Shown piece by piece: positions 50,238 through 59,847 of a DNA stretch of 64,000 nucleotides. The position numbers were made by a program, and so were the translations under genes. Source of the DNA: Candidatus Latescibacterota bacterium (GTDB lineage Bacteria; Latescibacterota; UBA2968; GCA-2709665). Position 1 is the first letter of the stretch. Each line of letters starts with the position of its first letter. The stretch spans positions 5,312,001-5,376,000 of the forward strand of contig OZ220733.1 of assembly GCA_965116875.1 (NCBI GenBank), written 5' to 3'. Under the pieces are notes generated by a model. That model worked only from the letters and a program-made list of their open reading frames with translations. It did no database searches and was not told the DNA's origin.

Positions 50238-51554
50238 CTAATCCTTTCCGTTTTCTCTCTTTGCCAGGCTGGCGCAGACCAGTTCCTCGTCGTTTCGGGC
50301 AAACACGTGCTTATAGGCAAATGCAGGATGCGACCACGCGACGCCGCCCCTGCGGTTCAACTGGTCTCGGGTCGGCTCGATCAGTTTCGCACGGCTGATG
50401 ATATTCAGCCCGTCCGGCGAAAGCGTGGTGATCAACAGTTCACCCCGTTCATTGAACATCCAGACCCTGTCGCCGTTCCGGATAAAATGGATATTGCTCC
50501 AGCGGGCTTTGGGAACCGCCGTGAGGTCTTCCCAGATCCGATCGCCGTTGCGGGCATTCAGACAACGGAGTTCGCCGTAGCTGTCCACGCCGTAGATGAA
50601 CTCGCCAATTCGGACGGGGGTCGACATCGTCGAATGGAGCGCGTCCGTGTTTCTTTCACTCTCTCCCCTTCGGTGCCAGCCGAGGCTCATCTTTGGTTCT
50701 TCCGGATTCAGTTTCAGCAGCAGCGAACCGTCAAAGAAGTCAGTAAAAAACAACTCGTTCCGGTAAAGGACGGGACTTGCGATCCCTACTTCCATGCGAT
50801 TCGGCGGAAACGGATGGCGCCAATATACGCCGCCGGTCTGCGGGCTGAGACCGGCGATGCTCTCAGCTGTCCGAATGACCAGCACGCGTTCGTTTCCCTG
50901 TGTAATCACAATGGGCGCCGAGTAAGACGCCTTTTCGTCAAGAGCCTTCCATTTCTCGGCTCCCGTTTCCCGGTCGAACGCGACAATACACGCGCCGGGC
51001 GTGCCGCCGATCTGGACGATCAGGTTCGAATCTTCAACAATCGGCGCGCTGGCGATGCCCCACGTCGGCATCTCGATATTGTATTCGGTGTTCAGATCTC
51101 TTTTCCACTTCAATTCGCCCGTCGCCGCGTCGAAACAGTGGAGATGGCCCATCGCCCCGAGGGCGTAGGCGAGACCTTTGTGCACGGTAACCGTCGCGCG
51201 GGGACCCGCGACGTAGTTGATCCTGTACTCGCAGTCGTACGTGTAGGACCAGATCCGTTCGCCCGTTTCCCACGCGAAACACTGTACCCGCTCGACCTGT
51301 TTCGGTTTCGCAAGCCGGTCGGTGACGTAGACACGACCATCGGCGACGCTCGGACCACTGTAGCCGCTGCCGATCGGCACCCGCCATCGGGTGGGGACCT
51401 CCGGTCCGTCGAACGCCTCGAGGATCCCGGTTTCACGCCATACACCGTCCCGGTTCGGCCCTCGCCACTGCGGCCACTCGTCGGCCGAAACCGAGGAAAC
51501 GGGGATCAGCACAGCAAGCAACATTAGCGCAATGATCGATTGGATCTTATTCAT
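50238..51554 (-). CDS. PQQ-binding-like beta-propeller protein
   Basis: signal peptide then DEWPQWRGPNRDG; repeated G..W blades; WSHPA. Confidence 0.9.
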   Translation of the reverse strand: MNKIQSIIALMLLAVLIPVSSVSADEWPQWRGPNRDGVWRETGILEAFDGPEVPTRWRVPIGSGYSGPSVADGRVYVTDRLAKPKQVERVQCFAWETGERIWSYTYDCEYRINYVAGPRATVTVHKGLAYALGAMGHLHCFDAATGELKWKRDLNTEYNIEMPTWGIASAPIVEDSNLIVQIGGTPGACIVAFDRETGAEKWKALDEKASYSAPIVITQGNERVLVIRTAESIAGLSPQTGGVYWRHPFPPNRMEVGIASPVLYRNELFFTDFFDGSLLLKLNPEEPKMSLGWHRRGESERNTDALHSTMSTPVRIGEFIYGVDSYGELRCLNARNGDRIWEDLTAVPKARWSNIHFIRNGDRVWMFNERGELLITTLSPDGLNIISRAKLIEPTRDQLNRRGGVAWSHPAFAYKHVFARNDEELVCASLAKRENGKD

Positions 51555-51951
51555 CGATAGCCCTCTCCTTTCGTCCGTCACATCTTGCTGCTTTAGGGAA
51601 AGCTTCCGTGGCCTACGTGTCCGAATGAGCCTGACGTGTCCCCGGGTTGCCGGACGGTCTGGAAACCCGAAATCGGATGCCCGGGACAAGGAACCGTCGT
51701 GATTGCAGCACACGCCGGCTTACGCGGGATGTACCCGTTTTTTTTAATAGAAGAAAGGCGCTGTCACCGGCTGCCGAAACTTCCGTGAAAACCCTGGATG
51801 CGGCAGGTAAGTCACGAACCTCTTTTTCTGTACATCAAGGTAACAGAAAGATGGATGTCCGACAAACCGGGTCAAGTCCAATAAACCCCAGGCGCCGTAT
51901 GGCGCAGCGTAGATGAATATGCCAGAGGGAGTTGGAATATTCACATATGAC

Positions 51952-52740
51952 TCAGCCCGACAAGGGCGTTATGACTGTTTCATTATTGATTCTATCAATT
52001 TCGCAGAACAATAACTCCTCCTCAGTGTATGAAGCTCTCACCAGAATCCGTCCCGAAGCATCACAAATGATTGTACTTCCCAATATGCGATCTTCAGCCA
52101 TCGCACTAATCTGAGCGACATAATTTGACTGAATCACGGGAACACCAAACGTCTGAGATATCGTCCGGGCTCCGTCGCCGCATCCGTCCTTGGTAATGCG
52201 CCCGTCCGAATCTATGGTACTTGTCGATACCGATGGCCATAAGATCACATCGCTATCCTCGATGCCTCTACCCTTCACTCGACCAAGAAAGCTCGACTCC
52301 GCGCAGAAAACAGAACCGAAGCGAAATGGACCAATTCGGATGGGCGAACGATCTTCCGCCTCAACAAATGCCCATACCTTCTTCCAGCCTTCAACGAGAA
52401 AAGTCCTGGCTCCCCCTAATGCGTGTGCCTTTCCGGGCTTGAGCAGCAACAACGCATTGAGATAGCCCTTTCCCGATGTATACGGCGCCCCGATGAGGGT
52501 TCTGACATTTATTTTGCAAGCAACATCGTCTAATTCCGCTATCGCATTCTCGACGTACTGATACCAATTGGGTTCTCCAAAAAAGCTGTGCAGGTGGAAA
52601 TCATAGCCTACAAGCATCATCTCCGGAAAGACAATTAACTCTGCATTGTGCTCCGATGCTTTCTTCATCCATCTTTTAATAGTAGCAACATTTTCGTCTA
52701 TGGTCGCTGACATCACCGGCTGGACTGAGCAGACCTTCAT
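51952..52740 (-). CDS. carbon-nitrogen hydrolase family protein (atypical)
   Basis: IVFPE and VFCAE present; Arg at the usual Lys position. Confidence 0.8.
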   Translation of the reverse strand: MKVCSVQPVMSATIDENVATIKRWMKKASEHNAELIVFPEMMLVGYDFHLHSFFGEPNWYQYVENAIAELDDVACKINVRTLIGAPYTSGKGYLNALLLLKPGKAHALGGARTFLVEGWKKVWAFVEAEDRSPIRIGPFRFGSVFCAESSFLGRVKGRGIEDSDVILWPSVSTSTIDSDGRITKDGCGDGARTISQTFGVPVIQSNYVAQISAMAEDRILGSTIICDASGRILVRASYTEEELLFCEIDRINNETVITPLSG

Positions 52741-52828
52741 TTGTACACCACCATATGGAAGTATTCCAATATCCCCTAACGATCTTGCTGCCTCCGACCG
52801 GGCGCAGACGGCCTGTACACGCACTTGG

Positions 52829-53650
52829 CTATACTGCGTTTACGATCTCACTGTAGCCGGCCGTCACGTGTCTCTCGAAGGCGGAACTGAGCCGTTCCGA
52901 ATCCCACAATGCGCCTCGTCTCCGGATGGAGTCCACGAGGACTGCCGAGAAACCGTAGCAGATGTAATTCCGGAATTCACCGACGTCGGTGTTGATGAAA
53001 CCGGCATCCCTCAAGCCGCGGAAGATCCGGGCAGCCGGCCAGACGGGATTGTGAAGCAGGATTCCGGCCAGGATCGCTCTGGTTCCAATAAACGCCTGCT
53101 CGAAGTCGATGAATCTGTGGATCCTGCCGTTCAGGAGGAAGACGTTTTCGACATTCCAATCGAGCTTGATCAGGAGTTCCGTATCAGGCTCGATCCTTGA
53201 AACCGAACCGCGAAGATCGGCTATGATCGGGTTCTCATCGTACCTGGAGTACAACCATTCCAGTCGTTCAAGCACCAACGCAAGGTTCTCCTCCGCGCCC
53301 AGCCCATCGTAGTACTCCGCTCTGGTTCTGCCGCCTATGCCGGCTGAGACCTCGAAGAGTTCCATCAATTTCCGAATGTAGTCTTCCGCAAGCGACTCCA
53401 TCTCCTCGCACTTGAGGGGCAGGACGTCTGCAAGTCTCTGGCCTTCAACCTTTTCGATCGTGATGTGTTTATCCTGCGCGTATCCCACAAGTCTCGGAAT
53501 CAGTCCGGATTCGGCATAGTGCGTGTAGAATCCAATCTCCCTGCGATACTTTTCCGCGGATACTCCACTCTCGTTGTACGTCTTCCTGACCCCGCTCCCG
53601 TCCGGAAGAACATCGATCCTGCTCTTCCTTCCCTGCCGAAATTCCTGCAT
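52829..53650 (-). CDS. kinase-like/phosphotransferase fold protein
   Basis: VRK..REI, KLDWNVENV, FIDFE. Confidence 0.65.
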   Translation of the reverse strand: MQEFRQGRKSRIDVLPDGSGVRKTYNESGVSAEKYRREIGFYTHYAESGLIPRLVGYAQDKHITIEKVEGQRLADVLPLKCEEMESLAEDYIRKLMELFEVSAGIGGRTRAEYYDGLGAEENLALVLERLEWLYSRYDENPIIADLRGSVSRIEPDTELLIKLDWNVENVFLLNGRIHRFIDFEQAFIGTRAILAGILLHNPVWPAARIFRGLRDAGFINTDVGEFRNYICYGFSAVLVDSIRRRGALWDSERLSSAFERHVTAGYSEIVNAV

Positions 53651-53821
53651 TGAGTTGTACCCGGGTGTAGGCAGCTCACGCTAAGTGCTCGTCGAATCAG
53701 GCGGCGCGAATTCTGAAGACATTCTTATGTTCTAAGGAGCCCGGACAACTCAGAAAAAGCGGACGCGTCAGCTGAAGTTCAGGTCTGAGACGTGGCGAAC
53801 GCGCAGGTTCCGGAGTTGCGA

Positions 53822-54676
53822 TCACAAGATTTCAATGACCCGGTCAAATCTGTCATGAATTTCCCCCGTCTCTACGAGTTCGAGACTCGCCTTTGCCCAC
53901 GAAGGAAACCCGGGCCGTCGAAATGCCTCTACGAGAGCACACAGCGGCGCGACCAGATCGTCCAGAACTTCCTCCCGGGGATCCGTCTCGCCGTATGAGG
54001 ACCGGAATGCATCCGCGGCGTCTGGCCCAAGAGAACCGGTTACGTTTCTATAATCAGAATACCGCATACCCAACCCGAGCAGGTGATAGTCGAACACAAC
54101 GGCTCGGATCGGCTTCCCGTCCCGCGACAAAGCCAGATTCGTCCAGTGAAAGTCATTGTAGGTCAAGGTCTCCTCGGAAGCCATCACCGCGTATCTGACA
54201 CTCTCGATGTTGTCGGCAAGTGTGAACCACTTCGATGAATCTGATTCACTGACCCTGGTGGCAACTTCCAGGATCGAAGCGCGAGTCAACGCATCGATCT
54301 CACGCCACAAGAACGAAGATCGGGGATCGTCTCCCAACCGCACTGTCGAGCCTGCATTGTGAAGGTTGCGATACCATTGCGCCAGAGCGACACCGCCTTC
54401 AGCTTTCTCTATATCTCCCTCATGGGCAAGTTTCAGATACTTGCTGACGTCAAGATCCTCAAGGAGTAGCGCATCATCCGTCCTCGCAATGACACGGAGG
54501 GTGGGAACTCCAAGATCCTTGAGGAGCGAGTACGCCAATACTTCCCTCGCAGGCTCCGGATCTGCGAATTCCTTGAGGATATACGAGGAACCTTCAAGAG
54601 TGATCCTTAGTAATCGCTTCCCCTGTCTTTCCCGGATTTTCCTGGCATCTCCGAGAAGACAGGTATCAAACCCCAT
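53822..54676 (-). CDS. phosphotransferase family protein
   Basis: YILK, LLLEDL, TYNDFHWTN, VVFDY. Confidence 0.75.
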   Translation of the reverse strand: MGFDTCLLGDARKIRERQGKRLLRITLEGSSYILKEFADPEPAREVLAYSLLKDLGVPTLRVIARTDDALLLEDLDVSKYLKLAHEGDIEKAEGGVALAQWYRNLHNAGSTVRLGDDPRSSFLWREIDALTRASILEVATRVSESDSSKWFTLADNIESVRYAVMASEETLTYNDFHWTNLALSRDGKPIRAVVFDYHLLGLGMRYSDYRNVTGSLGPDAADAFRSSYGETDPREEVLDDLVAPLCALVEAFRRPGFPSWAKASLELVETGEIHDRFDRVIEIL

Positions 54677-54793
54677 CTTCTCCAGGGTGGCGCGCGCGAT
54701 TTCATCGGAGTTCGTCAGATCGTCGCTCCCGAGGCGTCGTTTGAGAGACGCAGACCGCAGCCGGGTTTCAACCCTATACAGCGGGGTGCGCCG

Positions 54794-55744
54794 CTACTTC
54801 GATGCGGTCGTATCGTAGCCGGCCAATTCATCCAGCAACTCGGCAGCAGTCTGCTGGCTGCCCTCGATAAAAACAGCGGCCATCGCGCCACGGCCGTGGA
54901 TTGCGTGCAGCAGACTGTCGATCTCTATCATCTTCGCCTGCGAAGTCTTCGCGGTTTTCCAATGCGATACAAACGCACGAATCCCGGATGTATTCCCGGT
55001 GCGTATGTTTGCGTCGCTGTGTTCTCGTCGCCACGTGTGCCAGGTGAAGCTGTGGCCGCATTCGCTGCACTCCAGATGTTCGTCCTTCCTTCTCAGCATC
55101 CTGGCAAATGCGCGCCAGGGGCGTTCGTAACGGCAGTGAGCGCATCTGAATTTTCCCTCGCCGCGTGCGCCCGATTTGCCGCACCTGGGACACGTCAACT
55201 CACCCGATTCGCCTTCAGATGTTGCCTGATTCGGCTTCGGGCTGTCTCGCTTTGGACGCCGGATGATATCTCCGCAATGCGGGCATGGAAGTCTGGTCTG
55301 CCGCTTGGGTGACTTGCTGTACGCATTCCAATTCCACTCCCCATTACATTGAGTACACGACAGCGTGTTCGAGGAATAGTGCCATTTCAACGGGTCCCAG
55401 CAGCGGAGGCACCTGGGCTTCTTCGTCAGCGGACTCGCACATTCCGGCCACGAAGTGGTTCGGCCGCAGGACGGACATGGAAACCGCCGGGTTCGTGCTT
55501 CCTCGGCTCTCCTCGTGTGAAGCTGCCGGCCGCGTATTGAGCGATGGACAATGGACCGGCATTTGTCACACGTAACTTCGCCTCGGAGCGCGCGTTGAAA
55601 CGCCAGTACATCCTGCCCGCGGGCAAAGAGCCCCCAACCAACCTCGAGGAGCAGGTCATCGTCGTAGATGCCCTGCCGGTCCAGCATATACAACCGGCGA
55701 ATTCGCCAAGGTTTCACGCGTTCAGAGGTCATTTTCGTTGACAT
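54794..55744 (-). CDS. multi-zinc-ribbon hypothetical protein
   Basis: eight CxxC motifs between helical N- and C-terminal segments. Confidence 0.75.
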   Translation of the reverse strand: MSTKMTSERVKPWRIRRLYMLDRQGIYDDDLLLEVGWGLFARGQDVLAFQRALRGEVTCDKCRSIVHRSIRGRQLHTRRAEEARTRRFPCPSCGRTTSWPECASPLTKKPRCLRCWDPLKWHYSSNTLSCTQCNGEWNWNAYSKSPKRQTRLPCPHCGDIIRRPKRDSPKPNQATSEGESGELTCPRCGKSGARGEGKFRCAHCRYERPWRAFARMLRRKDEHLECSECGHSFTWHTWRREHSDANIRTGNTSGIRAFVSHWKTAKTSQAKMIEIDSLLHAIHGRGAMAAVFIEGSQQTAAELLDELAGYDTTASK

Positions 55745-55758
55745 CGTTCGCGTCCATT

Positions 55759-56130
55759 CTAAACCTGCACATTGGCATAGAAGTTGACGATGTTCCGGTC
55801 CGGGTCCCGAAACCAGACGGACCGTCGTCCCCACGGCTGGGTTGTGGGCGGTTTGACAACCTCGACATTCATGGCCGTCAGGCGTTCGAATTCGAGGTCG
55901 ACGTCTTCTACTTCGAACTCGATCGTATACTTGCCGTTTCCGGACCCCTCCAGGCATCCAGGCGCTGCTTTCTCCGTGCGTTCCGATGAATAGACCGACA
56001 ATTCCGCTCCCTCCATCGGGATAATCTCGAAGATATTCGCTTCTTCAGGTTCAAGCTTCAAGATTTCCCTGTAGAAGGCGCACAGTCGAGGCACATTTTC
56101 TGTAACGATACAAATGCCGTTGAATCGCAT
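55759..56130 (-). CDS. VOC/glyoxalase family protein
   Basis: PWGRRSVWFRDPD. Confidence 0.9.
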   Translation of the reverse strand: MRFNGICIVTENVPRLCAFYREILKLEPEEANIFEIIPMEGAELSVYSSERTEKAAPGCLEGSGNGKYTIEFEVEDVDLEFERLTAMNVEVVKPPTTQPWGRRSVWFRDPDRNIVNFYANVQV

Positions 56131-56207
56131 CGCGAACCTCCGTCAAACATCTCATATCAGGGGCGTGGCGCGGACGTGCCCGCCAATGAATGGTAAATTC
56201 TGATTGT

Positions 56208-57227
56208 TCACCGGTCGATCTCCGGTCCCCAATCGGGTGCAAAGTCGTTGGCAGGACTGTTGGACAGGTTGATCAGGTTCCCGCCGTCGAAATCGACTCG
56301 ATAAATCTGCTGGCGGCCGTCTTCTTTTGCCGTGAAGACCATCTGATGACCGTTCGGAGACCATGAGACCTCGCCAACACCACCCTCGAGATTCGTGAGG
56401 CGTCTGGCGCCTGTCCCGTCCGCTTTCATCACGTATACCTGCGTTTCACCGTCCCGGTCCGATTTGAAGGCAATCCACCTGCCGTCCGGCGACCAGGCAG
56501 GATCGTCGTCGTCGCCGTGCGAAACGTGGAGTCGTCGCTGCCGGCTGCCATCTGGGTCCATCGCGTAGATCTGCGATTTGCCGTCACGGTCCGAGGTGAA
56601 CGCAATCCGGGAGCCGTCGGGAGACCAGGTCGACTCAAGTTCTCGCGCCGGATGATTGGTCAGGTTTCGCTGGTTGGAGCCGTCACGGTTCATCGCGTAG
56701 ATTTCGACGTTGTCATCGCGACCCGTGGTAAAGATGAGCGTCTGCCCGTCCGGCGACCAGTGCGGACGTAGATCCGGAGCCGAATTGTGAGTCAGTCGTC
56801 TCGGTCGACCCCCATCGGCATCGATCAGGTAAATCTCGCCTTTGCCGTGACGCCGGTCGCAGTACGCAATCCTCTTACCGTCGGGCGACCATCGCGGGTG
56901 ATCCTCCTCCCATTCCGGGGTGCGGGTAATGTTCGTCTGATTGCTTCCGTCCGCATCCATAACGAAGAGATCGAAGGTCCCATCCCGATCGCTGACAAAC
57001 GTGATCTTCGAAGATTTCAGAGATGTTCTCTTTCGGATGATCAGTGTGACATTGCGACGCGTAAAACGTCCCGGTTGGTCCGTCCGCGCGCCCGCCGCGT
57101 TTATTGCGGAATGGTGATGGGTTTCAATTGGAGAGTGATCCAAGGTGAATGAATCACGAAGACCGGTGGTTGTGTCATATAACCGGTTGCATTCCAATAA
57201 ACTCAGCGCAGTCTTGTACGACAGCAC
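56208..57227 (-). CDS. TolB-like PD40-repeat beta-propeller protein (start uncertain)
   Basis: repeated WSPDG..IAF.SDRDG..IY.M..DG. Confidence 0.85.
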   Translation of the reverse strand: MLSYKTALSLLECNRLYDTTTGLRDSFTLDHSPIETHHHSAINAAGARTDQPGRFTRRNVTLIIRKRTSLKSSKITFVSDRDGTFDLFVMDADGSNQTNITRTPEWEEDHPRWSPDGKRIAYCDRRHGKGEIYLIDADGGRPRRLTHNSAPDLRPHWSPDGQTLIFTTGRDDNVEIYAMNRDGSNQRNLTNHPARELESTWSPDGSRIAFTSDRDGKSQIYAMDPDGSRQRRLHVSHGDDDDPAWSPDGRWIAFKSDRDGETQVYVMKADGTGARRLTNLEGGVGEVSWSPNGHQMVFTAKEDGRQQIYRVDFDGGNLINLSNSPANDFAPDWGPEIDR

Positions 57228-57448
57228 CTAAAGAAACATGGAATCTGATGGGTCAGTGTGATGTTGCGCGGACTACAGAGAAAAGGATTCATCGCTTTAG
57301 TCACGAAAAGAGAACATCTGATTTGCTCTTGCCTTCGAATCCTGCTTAATCCGGTTCATCCTGGTCGGTTTTTATCCTGTCTATCCTGTCCATCCATGTA
57401 AGTTCGGGTTTTTGAATTTGAGAGGATAAGTCATTGGAGAAAAAGAAT

Positions 57449-58129
57449 CTATGCCTCGTATTTCCTCAGCACGAGAAGCTCGTCTTCCATTGAAGCTTCA
57501 AGGGTAAAGTTGAAGCGGTCGACGTCGAGGCACATTTCGACGTCTCTCGTATTTATCCCAGGGTAGCCCTCTGCCGCTGCCTGACGGATATCGACCGCCG
57601 CTTTGGATTCGGATGCCCTCCGGATATATGGGGCGGGATCGGCATCGGGATTTCGAACGAGAGCATCGATGTATTCGGCGCACGCGAGATCCTCTTCAGC
57701 CGTTCCGTCCTCGCCCGTCACGACAAAGTTCAATTCATCGGGGGCTAAATCGCGCAATCTCCGGGCGACAGCCGACGCGCAGACGAATCCCGTGCAAATG
57801 AGTGGTTTGCAATGACGTACGGCGACCGCCCCGATCGTCCCGGCGGTGGTCCGCTGCACGATGGTTTTGCCCCGGATGTCCGCGTCCTGCAGGTCCGCGG
57901 GTGAATTGTACAGATCGAAACCCTCTGCCGGCGCCCCATCTTTCAACGCGAGGGATCCCGGTAACCCTGACTTGAGCTCCAGGGCGACATCAAGGTCGTC
58001 AACCAGAATCATCCGGGACACATCCAGATGCATCGCCCAGGCGGCAACGGTATACGCCCTCATCACGTCGATAACCACCGCTGCGCCCGATACGGATTTG
58101 CACTCGGTGATACCTATGAACTTTGCCAT
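57449..58129 (-). CDS. 2-phosphosulfolactate phosphatase (ComB-like) family protein
   Basis: VVIDVMRA, FDLYNSP, RTTAGT, EEDLACA. Confidence 0.85.
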   Translation of the reverse strand: MAKFIGITECKSVSGAAVVIDVMRAYTVAAWAMHLDVSRMILVDDLDVALELKSGLPGSLALKDGAPAEGFDLYNSPADLQDADIRGKTIVQRTTAGTIGAVAVRHCKPLICTGFVCASAVARRLRDLAPDELNFVVTGEDGTAEEDLACAEYIDALVRNPDADPAPYIRRASESKAAVDIRQAAAEGYPGINTRDVEMCLDVDRFNFTLEASMEDELLVLRKYEA

Positions 58130-58141
58130 GAAACTGTCACC

Positions 58142-58948
58142 TCATTGAACGTGTTCAGGATATGGATTATCGCAAAGTCTGACACCGCCTACCCAGCATA
58201 CGTGGTGCGTGGTTTCGATCTCACCGGACGAGGTCGAGTTGCGTTCAGCGAACAGCTTCAACCGAGGGTCATCAAAACGCGGAAGCGATCCTCCACCCCA
58301 GGCCCAGATGGAACATTGGAACTGCAGCCACTCGTAGACGTCCGGATAGATTCGCTTTTCGATTACGTCGGCTGCGAATCGAATGCCCACACCGTTCCTT
58401 TCCATTGCAACCCGCATCTGGTCCTGAACGGTTATCGTCTGGGACAGCCGCGAATGATCGCCGAAGACTTCGCGCACCTCCTGATGGTGCAGCTCACCGA
58501 TCAATTCGCAGAAGACGAGGCCGCCAGGTTTCAGGACCCGGAGGGCGGCCTGCACACCGAAGCTGTCGTATCCGATCGGCGAACGTTCTGAGTAGACGAA
58601 GTCGAACGACTCAGGCTCCAGGGCATTGCCTTCCGCAAGGAAGTCGAGAAGTCTGAATTCCACGTTCCGGACCTGTCTCGTCTCACGTTCTTTTTCAGCC
58701 AATTCGATGTGTGTGCGGTCGCTGTCTATGCCGAGCGCCGAGCCAATGCGATCAGCATTCTGCAATAGCGTCGCACCATTCCCGCAACCGATGTCCAGCA
58801 CCCGCATCTCCGTGTCAAACTGCGAAGCAATTATCTCCCCCGTCCGAGGGGCGATATTTCCGTCGGTGCGGTACTTCGCCGGTTTTGAGCCGTAGTAGGA
58901 ATGGTCCTGATTCAGGATTGACTTCAGGCGTTTGCGGTCGATTTCCAC
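58142..58948 (-). CDS. class I SAM-dependent methyltransferase
   Basis: VLDIGCGNG, RVLKPGG; GTG start inferred. Confidence 0.85.
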   Translation of the reverse strand: MEIDRKRLKSILNQDHSYYGSKPAKYRTDGNIAPRTGEIIASQFDTEMRVLDIGCGNGATLLQNADRIGSALGIDSDRTHIELAEKERETRQVRNVEFRLLDFLAEGNALEPESFDFVYSERSPIGYDSFGVQAALRVLKPGGLVFCELIGELHHQEVREVFGDHSRLSQTITVQDQMRVAMERNGVGIRFAADVIEKRIYPDVYEWLQFQCSIWAWGGGSLPRFDDPRLKLFAERNSTSSGEIETTHHVCWVGGVRLCDNPYPEHVQ

Positions 58949-59043
58949 AGATCGGGTCTCCACTCTCCTGGCACTGAACGGAAGCGGGGGGACGGTGCAA
59001 GGCGTCGGCAGCACGCCAAACGAGAATGACCTGATCAAGACAT

Positions 59044-59700
59044 TCAGTTTCTAACGGCAAAGAAAAAGGGATGCACCTCTATCTGCCCATCTACGTCCGC
59101 ACGCCCGCCTCCCACAATCCCTTCCTGTTCAACCTCAAACCCGGTTTCATGGAGAATCTTCCTGTACGTCTCAGGGCCAAAGTTGCTCCAGTACATGGTC
59201 TCGCCGTAGAAGTCGTCTTCAGTATATCCCGGTCCGTCGTCATACCTTGCAACTGTAATCAGAAGGAGGCCACCGGGCCGGAGCCACCTTGCGAATCGCT
59301 GAAATAGTTCCCGATGCTTCTGCCGCGGGATATGGAAGACGGAGTAATAGCCGACTATGGCATCAAAACTGCGATTTGGGAATTCGGTCTCCATAACGTC
59401 GGCGTGGATGAACCTGGCGGTAGGGATGTTTTTCCTGGCCATGGCGATCATGCTGGAAGAGATGTCGATCCCTGTAACTGAAAAATTATCAGCAAGTTCC
59501 TTCACAACGGGGACACCTGAGCCACAGCCGACGTCAAGAATCCTTGAACCCGGTTCCATGCGCTCCGCGATCAGGTTGAGTTCCGCCCCGGCCCTGGCGC
59601 TACGTTGGCTCGCATATTCCATCGCGCATCGGTCATAGGCCGCCCTGACAAACGCTCGATAATCGACCTGGGGATCGTCTGCAATCTTGAATGACATCAC
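59044..59700 (-). CDS. class I SAM-dependent methyltransferase
   Basis: ILDVGCGSG, WLRPGG. Confidence 0.9.
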   Translation of the reverse strand: MMSFKIADDPQVDYRAFVRAAYDRCAMEYASQRSARAGAELNLIAERMEPGSRILDVGCGSGVPVVKELADNFSVTGIDISSSMIAMARKNIPTARFIHADVMETEFPNRSFDAIVGYYSVFHIPRQKHRELFQRFARWLRPGGLLLITVARYDDGPGYTEDDFYGETMYWSNFGPETYRKILHETGFEVEQEGIVGGGRADVDGQIEVHPFFFAVRN

Positions 59701-59843
59701 ACCTGCCTTAAAACGGATTTGATTGTCTATGAAAATCGTGAAGGTGCACGAAACATACGGATGGGAAAATGGTCCACAGCAATTGGCGAAACGAGTCGGT
59801 CCTGCCTTCGCTCTGAGAATTCCACGGTTTCTGGACAGCAGAG
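59698..59843 (-). mobile_element. MITE family 1 minimal copy E (146 bp)
   Basis: minus strand starts CTCTGCTGTCCAGAAACC, ends AAGGCAGGTGTG; body matches the 3' part of copy D; internal REP modules absent; no TSD. Confidence 0.7.
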
Positions 59844-59847
59844 TCCA

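Noticed and set aside
50175-51527. 450-aa plus-strand ORF (similar shadows at 20535-21515, 22677-23510, 45449-46534)
   Set aside because: Antisense to well-supported genes; common in GC-rich DNA
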